From Nitrospirae bacterium GWC2_57_13 (GTDB lineage: Bacteria; Nitrospirota; UBA9217), in the NCBI GenBank assembly GCA_001805055.1, contig MHDZ01000090.1, positions 1 to 62,710 on the forward strand: a stretch of DNA of 62,710 bases, read 5' to 3'. Within the stretch, counting starts at the first letter, position 1; each line of letters opens with the position of its first letter. Position numbers and translations under genes: made by a program. The notes beneath the pieces were generated by a model that was not told the origin of the DNA, did not search any database, and was given only the letters and a program-made list of their open reading frames with translations. Below are positions 44,885-55,744 of this stretch, in pieces.

Positions 44885-46804
44885 ATGATACTCGACAACA
44901 TCAACAATCCAGATGACCTTCGGTCACTCCCCGAAGAGGAGCTTCCTTCTCTTGCATCGGAGATCCGCGAAAAGATCATCGACGTCGTCTCGAAGACAGG
45001 CGGGCATCTTGCGCCGAGCCTCGGCGTGGTGGACCTGACCATCGCTCTGCATTACGTGTTCGACACGCCGCGGGACCGCATTGTCTGGGACGTGGGGCAT
45101 CAGGCCTACGCCCACAAGCTGCTCACGGGCAGGCGCGACCAGTTCCACACGCTCCGGCAGTTCGGCGGTATCAGCGGGTTCCCCAAGCGCGACGAGAGCC
45201 CCTATGACCACTTCGACGTGGGCCACGCCAGCACTTCCATCTCCGCGGCCCTCGGCATGGTGGCGGCGCGGGAGATCAATAATGAGGACTACCGTGTGGT
45301 CGCCGTGATCGGCGACGGCTCCATCTCCGCCGGGCTCGCGTTCGAAGGGTTGAACCAGGCGGGGCACCTGAAGAAGAAAATGATCGTTGTGCTGAACGAC
45401 AATGAAATGTCCATTTCGCCGAACGTGGGTGCTCTGTCGTCATATCTCAGCCGGCTCATGACAGGCCAATTCTATACGAAGCTGCGTCAGGAGGCGAAGA
45501 ACTTTCTGCAGAGCATCCCGAAGCTGGGCGAGTCCATGTTGAGCTTCGCCAAGAGGGCAGAGGAGTCGTTCAAGAGCCTCATGGCGCCGGGAATGTTCTT
45601 CGAGGAGCTGGGGTTTCAGTATATCGGACCGATCGACGGCCACCGCATCGACCACCTGCTGGAGACGTTCAACAACATTAAGGATTTCGATTGGCCGGTG
45701 CTGGTTCACGTTGTCACGAAAAAGGGCAAGGGGTGCGAGTTCGCGGAATGTGCTCCCTCCCAGTATCACGGCACGGCCCCCTTTGATCGGGCTACCGGAT
45801 CGGTCCCGAAGAAGCCCGCCGCGTTGAGCTATACCGACGTTTTCGGCAGCACCATGCTGCGTCTTGCCGAGAGCGATCGGTCGCTCGTGGCCATTTCTGC
45901 CGCCATGTCCGATGGTACTGGGCTGGACCAGTTCTCCCAGCAGTACCCCGACCGCTTCTTCGACGTGGGGATTGCCGAGTCGCACGGCATCACCTTTGCC
46001 TGCGGCCTTGCAACGGAGGGTCTCCATCCCGTGGCTGCGATCTATTCCACCTTTATGCAGCGGGCTTATGACCAGGTGGTGCACGACATGTGTCTCCAGA
46101 ACCTTCCGGTGACGCTCGCCATGGACCGCGCCGGCATCGTGGGCGAGGACGGGCCGACGCACCACGGGACCTTTGATATCGCCTATCTCCGCCATATCCC
46201 CAACATCATCATCATGGCCCCGCGGGACGAGAACGAGCTTCAGCACATGATCAAGACCTCCGTGGATTATCACGGTCCTTCGGCCGTGCGCTACCCGCGC
46301 GGTGCCGGCTTCGGCGTTCCCATGGACCAGCAGTTGAAGACCCTGCCCATCGGGAAAGGCGAGGTAATGCGGGAAGGGAAGGACGTCGTGATCCTGGCCA
46401 TCGGCACCATGGTGCACTCTTCTGTCCTGGCTGCTGAGCGGCTGGCAGCGGACGGCATTTCCGCTGCCGTCGTGAACGCGCGGTTCGTAAAGCCTCTGGA
46501 TGAGGAGCTGATCCTCCGCATGGCGCGCGCAACCGGGAAGCTCGTCACTGTCGAGGAGCATGTAATCGCCGGGGGGTTCGGAAGCGCCGTGCTGGAGTGC
46601 ATGGAAGCGGCCGGTCTCTACGGTGTCAAGACCCTGCGCATCGGTCTGCCCGACAAGTTCATCGAGCAGGGCGCCCAGAAGATCCTGCGCCAGAAGTACG
46701 GGCTTGACACGGAGGGTATTTACGGGATGGTCAGGAATTTTCTGGCAGGAGCCCATGTTGAAACTGTCACGCCCTACGCGTCTTTTCGGGCGATGGATGT
46801 GTAA
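44885..46804 (+). CDS. dxs: 1-deoxy-D-xylulose-5-phosphate synthase
   Basis: [30 protein letters not shown], the GDGS...NDN TPP motif and 639 aa. Confidence 0.95.
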   Translation: MILDNINNPDDLRSLPEEELPSLASEIREKIIDVVSKTGGHLAPSLGVVDLTIALHYVFDTPRDRIVWDVGHQAYAHKLLTGRRDQFHTLRQFGGISGFPKRDESPYDHFDVGHASTSISAALGMVAAREINNEDYRVVAVIGDGSISAGLAFEGLNQAGHLKKKMIVVLNDNEMSISPNVGALSSYLSRLMTGQFYTKLRQEAKNFLQSIPKLGESMLSFAKRAEESFKSLMAPGMFFEELGFQYIGPIDGHRIDHLLETFNNIKDFDWPVLVHVVTKKGKGCEFAECAPSQYHGTAPFDRATGSVPKKPAALSYTDVFGSTMLRLAESDRSLVAISAAMSDGTGLDQFSQQYPDRFFDVGIAESHGITFACGLATEGLHPVAAIYSTFMQRAYDQVVHDMCLQNLPVTLAMDRAGIVGEDGPTHHGTFDIAYLRHIPNIIIMAPRDENELQHMIKTSVDYHGPSAVRYPRGAGFGVPMDQQLKTLPIGKGEVMREGKDVVILAIGTMVHSSVLAAERLAADGISAAVVNARFVKPLDEELILRMARATGKLVTVEEHVIAGGFGSAVLECMEAAGLYGVKTLRIGLPDKFIEQGAQKILRQKYGLDTEGIYGMVRNFLAGAHVETVTPYASFRAMDV

Positions 46805-46873
46805 GCACTCTGCAGGATAAAACATGGCATATCATCAGGCACTGAGAGTTCTCTTGGTGCCTTTTTTATTCAT

Positions 46874-46985
46874 CCCGAAAAGAATATTTGGACGTGGATG
46901 AAATCCGGAACAGCGGATAAAACCAAACAAAAAGTGTTTCTGCGTTCATCTGCGTCAAACTGCCGTTACCAGGTTCATAGGGTCG
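46874..46985 (+). repeat. Dispersed intergenic repeat, copy B (5' of tlyA)
   Basis: CCCGAAAAGAATATTTGGACGTGGATGAAATCCGG... and ATCTGCGTCAAACTGCCGTTACCAGGTT. The second block matches copy A at 24 of 28 positions by hand. Confidence 0.75.
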
Positions 46986-46993
46986 TGAACAGA

Positions 46994-47743
46994 ATGAAGG
47001 ACAAAATTGACAAGCTCCGCATCGACCGGCTGCTCGCGGATCGGCAGATCGTCGAGAGCCGCGAGCGGGCCCAGGCCCTGATCATCGCCGGCCAGGTCAT
47101 CGTTGATGGGAAAAAGATCGAGAAAGCCGGTACGCTGGTGCCTGTGGCCGCCGAGATCCGCATTCTTGGCGAGCAGATGCCTTACGTGGGCAGGGGCGGC
47201 CTTAAGCTCGAAGCCGCTCTCCGGGAGTTCAAGGTCAGTGTTGCGGAGAAGTGTGCCCTCGACGTGGGTGCTTCCACAGGCGGGTTCACGGACTGTCTCC
47301 TTCAGCAGGGCGCAAAGAAGGTCTATGCCGTTGACGTGGGGTACGGCCAGATAGCCTGGAAGCTGAGGCAGGACCCCCGCGTTGTCATCCTCGAACGCAC
47401 TAACATCCGGGACATCGATCCTGCGCTGATCCCCGAGCCTGTGGACTTAGTCGTCATTGATGTTTCGTTCATTTCCCTCGCGAAGGTGGTCCCGGCTGTT
47501 AAGCAGTTTCTCGCTCCCCATGCCGCGATCGTGGCGCTCATCAAACCGCAGTTCGAGGTGGGAAAAGAGCAGGTGGGCAAGGGCGGGATCGTGCGTGATG
47601 AAGCGGCAAGGATGGCTGCAGTAGAGCGGGTCCGGGAATTCGTGCAGGGACTGGGACTTGAGGTAAAGGGTGTGATCCCGTCGCCCATCACGGGCCATGA
47701 TGGGAACATAGAATTTCTTATTTATGCCGTTTGGCATAAATAA
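46994..47743 (+). CDS. tlyA: TlyA-family rRNA (cytidine-2'-O)-methyltransferase
   Basis: S4-like N-terminus (RIDRLLADRQIVESRERAQALI) and FtsJ-like motif DVGASTGGFTD. The start is chosen downstream of the repeat. Confidence 0.9.
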   Translation: MKDKIDKLRIDRLLADRQIVESRERAQALIIAGQVIVDGKKIEKAGTLVPVAAEIRILGEQMPYVGRGGLKLEAALREFKVSVAEKCALDVGASTGGFTDCLLQQGAKKVYAVDVGYGQIAWKLRQDPRVVILERTNIRDIDPALIPEPVDLVVIDVSFISLAKVVPAVKQFLAPHAAIVALIKPQFEVGKEQVGKGGIVRDEAARMAAVERVREFVQGLGLEVKGVIPSPITGHDGNIEFLIYAVWHK

Positions 47744-47748
47744 GAAAT

Positions 47749-47815
47749 AGTTCGGAGTCGAGAGTTCGTAGTTCGGAGTAAAGCAAGGATAGTTCGAGTG
47801 ATCGAACTCCGAACC
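47749..47815. repeat. Heptamer tandem-repeat hairpin element (copy H4, AGTTCGG variant)
   Basis: AGTTCGG AGTCGAG AGTTCGT AGTTCGG AGTAAAG CAAGGAT AGTTCGA, then GTGA, then TCGAACTCCGAAC. It lies between convergent tlyA and the DUF3786-like gene. Confidence 0.85.
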
Positions 47816-47832
47816 CCCAACTGTTGTACTCG

Positions 47833-48633
47833 CTACGCCAGTAGCCGCGAAGCAAACTCCTCCCCCAGCACCACGATCGATTCGATATCCAGGTACCGGT
47901 TGGCGTTCTCGTCCAGCAGCATGGTGCATTGCGCAGGGAAGTCTTCTTCCGGCACAGCATCCCAGAACAGGAGCAGGACAGGGAACTTCGGAAAGAAGCG
48001 AAAAAGATAGGCGGCGTTGTGGCTGCCCTCCCGTTCGATTGCTTCGCCTCCCTGTGCCGCGCAGGTTCTCCGTAATCGTTCTACATCTCCGGAATAACGG
48101 CCGGCGATCACTTCTTCCACATGGCCTTTCCAGGCCTTGTCCTTGGCATGGGACTGCGGTAGTGCGGAAAAGGATATCCACTCCCCGGCGTTGGGCGGCG
48201 GATCAGGCATGCAGAGGTGGTTGTAGATAAGGATCGAGATCCAGGGCCGGGTCTCTTGTCCCGAGGCGTCAAGCACCCGCTCTTTCGTGACAAGGTAGCG
48301 CTCATTCAGGAAGATCAGGTCCATGCTGTCAGGGCCGTGAAGGACCCCGCCCAGGCGCTCTGCAGTCTTCACGAGATCCACAGTCTTCATCTTCTCTTTC
48401 AAGACTTCCAGGGCCTGCTCGTAGACCGTTCCTGGTGATGACGTCCTGTCACCAACAGCTTCACGGAGCTTCTCCCGCGCCTGATCCTCCAGATGCGGGC
48501 AGTCTTCGATTGACGACAGGTTCGCAGCCAGTTTTGCAGCAAATCCGAAGCAGCTCGGCAGGCCGCATTCTCCACAGTTCGTCTTCGGCAGGTATTTGTA
48601 GATATCGATGGCTGTTTTCACGGCAGGATACAA
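47833..48633 (-). CDS. Fe-S-binding N-terminal domain + DUF3786-like protein
   Basis: LPKTNCGECGLPSCFGFAAKLA resembles the N-terminal Fe-S domain of the CODH/ACS gamma subunit. The remainder matches my recollection of DUF3786. Confidence 0.65.
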   Translation of the reverse strand: MYPAVKTAIDIYKYLPKTNCGECGLPSCFGFAAKLAANLSSIEDCPHLEDQAREKLREAVGDRTSSPGTVYEQALEVLKEKMKTVDLVKTAERLGGVLHGPDSMDLIFLNERYLVTKERVLDASGQETRPWISILIYNHLCMPDPPPNAGEWISFSALPQSHAKDKAWKGHVEEVIAGRYSGDVERLRRTCAAQGGEAIEREGSHNAAYLFRFFPKFPVLLLFWDAVPEEDFPAQCTMLLDENANRYLDIESIVVLGEEFASRLLA

Positions 48634-48767
48634 TACTGCGATTTGGATGGTATGTCAATGAGGCAGGGGTAAAGCTTTACGACGTAGACCTTGTCCTTAC
48701 CCCATGCGAAAATTCAGGTGTGTGGAGTCTCTCCAGCCCTTTTAACATCGCGACATCCCGCCGCCGG

Positions 48768-48809
48768 ATCAGGAAAAGAAAAGGGCGGACGCAAAAAAAG
48801 CGTCCGCCC
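48768..48809 (-). terminator. Rho-independent terminator of typA
   Basis: On the minus strand, GGGCGGACGC-TTTTTTT-GCGTCCGCCC followed by TTTTCTTTTCC, 10 nt after the typA stop. Confidence 0.75.
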
Positions 48810-48819
48810 GCTGGTACCG

Positions 48820-50631
<1,812 letters not shown>

Positions 50632-50795
50632 GGTACCGTATCCTTCACTGGTATTGCCGAGGTTGCACGCCCGTTTCCGGCGTGGGGAGAGCTGGGCTTT
50701 ATACCATGGTGACACCTCGAAAGTCAACGGTAATATGGGTGTCTGTGTTCGGCGTGGTCGTCGATGCCTTCTTAGTTCAGGGTGTTTTCGCTTGT

Positions 50796-50822
50796 GCAGT
50801 CCGAAGTGCTTCTCTCTCGGAC
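50796..50822. repeat. 27-nt hairpin repeat, copy 1 (typA-aldolase intergenic)
   Basis: GCAGTCCGAAGTGCTTCTCTCTCGGAC, with GTCCGA...TCGGAC inverted arms. It matches 51014-51040 at 24 of 27 positions. Confidence 0.75.
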
Positions 50823-50895
50823 GTAGACGGGGCAGGAGTTTTGTTCAGGACGTGACGGGGGCGTGCAAAAAAAGAGATTCAATCACATGTTTTTC

Positions 50896-50928
50896 GTCAC
50901 CTTTCTTGCGCGCCCAAAGAAAGGTGAC
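50896..50928. repeat. 12-bp perfect stem-loop
   Basis: GTCACCTTTCTT-GCGCGCCCA-AAGAAAGGTGAC. Confidence 0.7.
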
Positions 50929-51013
50929 CCAAAGAAGGGCGCCCCGGCGAAAATTCTATACGGCCTGCTCGGTCGTCCTCGGGGCATTTCGGAAACTCGC
51001 CCTCCGGACTCAG

Positions 51014-51040
51014 ACAGTCCGAAATGCTTCTCCCTCGGAC
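51014..51040. repeat. 27-nt hairpin repeat, copy 2
   Basis: ACAGTCCGAAATGCTTCTCCCTCGGAC. Confidence 0.75.
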
Positions 51041-51160
51041 TCGGTCGCAGTCCTAAATTTTCGCATGGGGTACGGAAGAGGCCCAAGGCTCAAGTCTTTC
51101 CCCAAGTCCTCGTCTCACGCTGGAAGTGGAACAGGGAGTACGCTCACACCAGAATTCACG

Positions 51161-51190
51161 TTGACAGGGAGCCGGGAAAAACGCTATAAA
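51161..51190 (+). promoter_or_regulatory. Putative sigma70-type promoter of the aldolase-family gene
   Basis: TTGACA-18 nt-TATAAA, about 30 nt upstream of the ATG at 51223. Confidence 0.4.
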
Positions 51191-51222
51191 TCCTACACGA
51201 TGCTTCGGGCAGGGGAAAGAAT

Positions 51223-52404
51223 ATGCGCGACCAGATAGAGAAATACACAGAAAAATTGCTCCGGGACGGGACCGCCATTCCCGAAAGCATTCGTTTCTAC
51301 GTTCTTGACGACAACGTGATCGCCGGGAAGGACGATGAGTGGGTGCCTGTCTTCACCGAGGTTTTCACGGGCCTGAACGTGACAGCACTCCTGTTCGCCC
51401 GGCCGTCATTGCCCTTCGCGGATATGCTGATCGCGCGGTCTGCTCCGGGCCTGCAGCGGCTGACGCCCAAGGACAGCGAGACCAAGACCTTCCTCCACGA
51501 TATTCCCTTTATCCGCAAGGACCGATGGCAGGGTAGGCCGAACCAGGACCTGGCAAAAGACCTGATTACGCTGCTGCGGGAGCGGAAGGCGGTCATGATC
51601 GAAGGCCTGGGCGTGGTTGCCGCGGGCGGCGTGACCGTGGAGCAGGCCTTTATCGGCTTTTCGTCCATCTATCACACGACTTTTGTGAAATATCTGCTCG
51701 ACCTGCTGACCGAGGGGTTCCTGCTTCCCGATGAGCGCAGGAATTTCGAGCGCATTGCTGCGGGACTTCTTTCTGTCCCGGACATGGAAGGCCTCGACTT
51801 TGCCGCAGGGCCGCTGGGTTCGGGCGCGGACAGTGAGGCCATCTATCAGGAGATCGCACGGGTGGGCCGCTATACGGTTGAGAAGGGGCTTGTTGATTCC
51901 TTCTTCGGGAACATCAGCTATTTCGACGGCAAGACCATATACATCAGCCAGACCGCTTCCTCACTTGATGAACTGGAGGGCCGCATCGATCCTGTTCCTC
52001 TTGACGGCTCTTCCACAGCAGGGCTTTCCGCTTCGTCCGAGCTGCCGGCCCATCGCGCCATCTACCTTGCATCGGACTATCGCGCTGTGCTGCACGGCCA
52101 TCCGCGGTTCAGCGTCATCCTTTCCATGCTCTGTTCAGAGAAGGACTGTACTATCGAGGACTGCAACCGGATGTGCGACCGGGTCCGGTCCACCTGCGGC
52201 GTGCCGATCGTGGCAGGCGAAACAGGGGCAGGCGGCATCGCAAAGTCGGTCCCTGCAGCCATGAAGGATTCAGGGGCCTGCATCATCTATGGCCATGGTG
52301 TCTTCTCGGGCGATGTGAAGGACTTCAAGGAGGCCTTCCGTAGGATGGTGGATGTGGAGCGCCGGTGCAGGGAGGAGTACTTCAGGATGGTCGGTGAGCG
52401 GTGA
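51223..52404 (+). CDS. Class II aldolase/adducin-family protein (two-domain)
   Basis: 393 aa. The C-terminal half has the AHRAIY…[10 protein letters not shown] pattern of class II aldolase / MtnB-like enzymes. Confidence 0.7.
   Translation: MRDQIEKYTEKLLRDGTAIPESIRFYVLDDNVIAGKDDEWVPVFTEVFTGLNVTALLFARPSLPFADMLIARSAPGLQRLTPKDSETKTFLHDIPFIRKDRWQGRPNQDLAKDLITLLRERKAVMIEGLGVVAAGGVTVEQAFIGFSSIYHTTFVKYLLDLLTEGFLLPDERRNFERIAAGLLSVPDMEGLDFAAGPLGSGADSEAIYQEIARVGRYTVEKGLVDSFFGNISYFDGKTIYISQTASSLDELEGRIDPVPLDGSSTAGLSASSELPAHRAIYLASDYRAVLHGHPRFSVILSMLCSEKDCTIEDCNRMCDRVRSTCGVPIVAGETGAGGIAKSVPAAMKDSGACIIYGHGVFSGDVKDFKEAFRRMVDVERRCREEYFRMVGER
52354..52404 (+). repeat. Direct repeat, left copy (functional 3' end of aldolase-family gene)
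   Basis: GTGGAGCGCCGGTGCAGGGAGGAGTACTTCAGGATGGTCGGTGAGCGGTGA. 45 of 51 positions are identical to 57325-57375. Confidence 0.85.
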
Positions 52405-52879
52405 AGCCGCCAGGCTACGGCGGGCATGCCTTTTGAAGTATCAATAAGCATTAACTTCCTTGAGCTGCTCTTTGCCCCACGATGTCTGCCGAAATAGGTT
52501 TCAGAGGGTTTTATCACCTGTCGACTGATATTCCATTTTATTCTTCCTAATAGCCACTTCGCTTCGAACAGAAAAGAATAGAGCACAGCGGACACCTGCC
52601 ACTTATTACTATTGTATCCTACCTTGCTCCGTTGGAGAAATCAGTTCTCTAGCGGAGCTTACTTTCTCTTCGGCTGACTGAACAGAGAATAATCCCGCCA
52701 AAAAAGGGAATTTTACCGCAAGAATAATTTGTATGAGGTGAATAGTACCTTTACCTTGAAAGAATTATATGGGATGCTTTGCGCAAGCTGAAGTGTCTAT
52801 CGTTACTTCCCTTTTTTAATTTACCATGAAGGCACGCCATAGATTGTGAGGCGGCGCATATCCCGAAAAGGAGGTTCCC

Positions 52880-54100
52880 ATGAAAAAGGTAATAGTGCTG
52901 GTCTCGTTTTTCGTTATATCCACCGTTTTTTATTTTTCAAGTCAGGCCATTGCACAGCAGGACAAGGTGGTATCGAGCGGGGTCGCGATGGTTCCGATCC
53001 GTTCTCAATGGCCCATCGTGCGTGAGGCATCGGGCCAATGGGTGGTCCTAGGTGAAGTAGCCCTTTACAATGTGGGTATCGAGACCGCAAAGATCGATGC
53101 GGTTACACTCAGCGTGTACAACGCAAAGGGCGACGTGCTGGCTGAAAGAATATATGCCAATGAGGAATTCAGGGATATGCTTCCGATTATAGCGATGAAT
53201 CGCGATGGAAGCTACACGCAACGGCCGGCCGGCACGAGAATGCTGGATTCGGGAGGAGCGGGGTTAGGCTATTTAGCAACGCGTGTCGACAGTCCATTGA
53301 CACCTGCAGGCGCGCGCGTGACGGTACGGGTCCATCACCGGGATCCGGTGATTGCTGATATTCCGATCTATGTATTTGATCCAGGGCAGCAGACGGTCTG
53401 GCCGCTGAGGTACAGCAGGGAAAACTGGGTCGCGCTCCGTACTACAGGAAGTACAGGAAGCGAATCTCAATGGCAGGTGTTCTTCAATCCGGCCCCAGGA
53501 GTGGCCTTTTTCCCCGAACGGTTTGCGATCGATACCATACAAGTCGATTCGCAGGGCAAGTCGTCCAATCCGGCTGACAGCTGGAACAAGGAAGATTATT
53601 ACGCCTGGGGCGAAGACGTCCTCAGCGCCGGGGCAGGGATGGTAGTGGACGTTGTAAGTCATTTTCCTGACTTGGCCATAGGAGATTCCGACCAGAGTAA
53701 TCCGGCAGGTAATTACGTCGTTATCCAGCACGCACAGAATCTTTTCAGTATCTACGGGCATATGATGAACAATTCTCCTGCCGTGAGCGTCGGCGATCTG
53801 GTTGCGGCCGGGCAAGTGATCGGCAGGGTCGGCAACTCCGGCAATACGTCCGAGCCGCACCTGCATTTTCAATATATGGACTCCTGGCAAGGGAGTAACT
53901 TCTTTGCCAGGTACAGCAGATGCCAGGGACTGCCGGCTCTATTCTGGAATGCGACGGTAAATCGTCTTTCCATAGTGGAATTGCACAGATTAGCGGGCAG
54001 ATTGCCGGCCACGTGGGACCCGCAGGTAAACCGGAATGGAGGGACCTACATGTTGAACGGCAGTACGGTCTTCAACTTGGATATCGTGACTGCGCCATAA
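52880..54100 (+). CDS. Secreted M23/LytM-family protein with ~250-aa N-terminal domain of unknown function
   Basis: Signal peptide. M23 core NPAGNYVVIQH…YGHM…GQVIGRVGNSGNTSEPHLHFQ. The upstream HxxxD motif is not obvious (AWGED at the aligned position). Confidence 0.75.
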   Translation: MKKVIVLVSFFVISTVFYFSSQAIAQQDKVVSSGVAMVPIRSQWPIVREASGQWVVLGEVALYNVGIETAKIDAVTLSVYNAKGDVLAERIYANEEFRDMLPIIAMNRDGSYTQRPAGTRMLDSGGAGLGYLATRVDSPLTPAGARVTVRVHHRDPVIADIPIYVFDPGQQTVWPLRYSRENWVALRTTGSTGSESQWQVFFNPAPGVAFFPERFAIDTIQVDSQGKSSNPADSWNKEDYYAWGEDVLSAGAGMVVDVVSHFPDLAIGDSDQSNPAGNYVVIQHAQNLFSIYGHMMNNSPAVSVGDLVAAGQVIGRVGNSGNTSEPHLHFQYMDSWQGSNFFARYSRCQGLPALFWNATVNRLSIVELHRLAGRLPATWDPQVNRNGGTYMLNGSTVFNLDIVTAP

Positions 54101-54118
54101 AGACACCCTGAATGCGCC

Positions 54119-54180
54119 AAAAAGCCCCTTACCGTGATCTCCTTCCATGGAAGAGAAAAGGATGAGGGGCTTTTGCTTTT
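54119..54180 (+). terminator. Long stem-loop plus T tract after the M23 gene
   Basis: AAAAGCCCCT…(internal CTTCCATGGAAG palindrome)…GAGGGGCTTTTGCTTTTG. Confidence 0.5.
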
Positions 54181-54525
54181 GTCTGAGTATGTCCGTGCTT
54201 GCCCTGTAAGAGTTTGGTAGGCTCGTAGGGGACATTGTTTCTATGATTGCATTTTTTCTGCTTTAAGCAACGCATAATTAGAAACGATGTCCCCAAGATG
54301 TACCGGGGAACGACCCTCTTTGACAAAGAGGGGAGAGATTTTCTGAGTATTCGTTTCTATTTTGAGACTGGCTATAATATACCTTTCATCATGAAAGGCC
54401 CGATGTAAGTGTCATGATATTAGCCGGATGCGAAAAAGGCAATAATATTATTGAACAGCGGAATATCCTGTGATAAGATTCATTTCAGCCGTTCCGACAA
54501 TAACTAATTATATGGTGACTGAATT

Positions 54526-54783
54526 ATGGCAATAGCCTTTCTACCCGTCATACTTTACCCTTTGGGAGCATTAGCGGCTCTCTTTGCTCTATGGATAGCC
54601 ACAACTTATTATATTGCAAAAAATAGTGGGTGGCAGCAGTTACAGGCCCTCTATCCTGCACCACCGAAATCGACTGGAACAGCATTTTCAAACGTTGGTG
54701 CTATATTTAATGGCGCCCATTACTCGGGCGAATCGCAGAAAAAGCTGGTCTTCGCTGAGCGACCCGTTAGGCATAATCAATGA
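54526..54783 (+). CDS. Small membrane protein, unknown function
   Basis: 85 aa with one or two N-terminal hydrophobic helices. AT-rich codon usage. The stop overlaps the next start (ATGA). Confidence 0.4.
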   Translation: MAIAFLPVILYPLGALAALFALWIATTYYIAKNSGWQQLQALYPAPPKSTGTAFSNVGAIFNGAHYSGESQKKLVFAERPVRHNQ

Positions 54784-55157
54784 AAACCACGGCAATTTTA
54801 CTTATAGCCACATTCCTGTTGTCTAGTTGCGTAGCAGGGGAGCAAGAAAAGAAACTGCCATTAAAAGATGGTGAGTATATATTTGAGCATAAATATGCAG
54901 AAGCTGAACAATATAGAATTAAAAGCATCACATTAAATGTAATAATAAAAGGAAGGCACATAGTAGTGATAAATAACGACCGATACGATGTGTTTCCAAA
55001 AGGAGTATTAGAAGAAGGAACACTTATGTGGCACTCAAGATCCGGTCAATGGATTATTGGAAATAGTCCCTCCGATAAGAACGCCATTGATGTAGGCGGG
55101 TGTAGTGAAGGGCCTACTGTAATAGATCTAGAAAAGCGGATTTACTGGACTTGTTAA
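54780..55157 (+). CDS. Small lipoprotein, unknown function
   Basis: Lipobox FLLSSC after MKTTAILLIAT. 125 aa, AT-rich. Confidence 0.55.
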   Translation: MKTTAILLIATFLLSSCVAGEQEKKLPLKDGEYIFEHKYAEAEQYRIKSITLNVIIKGRHIVVINNDRYDVFPKGVLEEGTLMWHSRSGQWIIGNSPSDKNAIDVGGCSEGPTVIDLEKRIYWTC

Positions 55158-55239
55158 CCAATAGAATGCCTAACAAGTAGCATGCCCGCAAAAAACGCCG
55201 GCGGGACGCGCGTATTGCGCGCGCCCCTCAATTCTGCCG

Positions 55240-55656
55240 TTGATCTTCAAAAAAGATAAAATGACATACTACGAAAAAGCGCGAAATCGGGCCAAAGAAA
55301 GATTAAAGAGTCCGTGGACAATTCCACATAGAATTTTCAGTTTCATTTTAGCCGGAGGCGTCTGGTATTTGATTGTCTGGAGTGTATGGCAGTTTCATTT
55401 GCTCTGGCACCCAGACCACACCTTTAGCTACTACCATGAGGGTATTTTGGGAATTTTAGTCACGGTTCCGCCTCTTTTTGCTGCTTTACCGGTAGGCATG
55501 CTTATCGGCAATTTTTTATTCTGGTTGTTTCCACCAGCGAGAAAATCGCTAGATAAAGTTGCTGACTTTAACGAATCTCAAAAACAACTATTAAAGGCCT
55601 CTAAATGGCTCGCCATCCCGACAATAACTGTAAGCCTTATCGCCGCAATATTTTAA
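55240..55656 (+). CDS. Small multi-pass membrane protein, unknown function
   Basis: About 130 aa with three predicted hydrophobic helices. Start is TTG 55240 or ATG 55261. Confidence 0.5.
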   Translation: MIFKKDKMTYYEKARNRAKERLKSPWTIPHRIFSFILAGGVWYLIVWSVWQFHLLWHPDHTFSYYHEGILGILVTVPPLFAALPVGMLIGNFLFWLFPPARKSLDKVADFNESQKQLLKASKWLAIPTITVSLIAAIF

Positions 55657-55744
55657 CAAAAAAGATGGCAGTCACTGCAACGGACTGGAAGAAGCGCGGC
55701 GCCTATGGCGTCCCGCGCAAAAAAAAGAAGAGAGGACCAAACCC

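Noticed and set aside
45440-46825. 461-aa minus-strand ORF
   Set aside because: It is antisense to dxs and is a shadow ORF.
52405-52879. tRNA or integrase remnant at the left edge of the insertion
   Set aside because: I could find no cloverleaf-compatible segment or recombinase-like frame by eye. The only ORF (52287..52595, minus strand) mostly overlaps the aldolase gene antisense.
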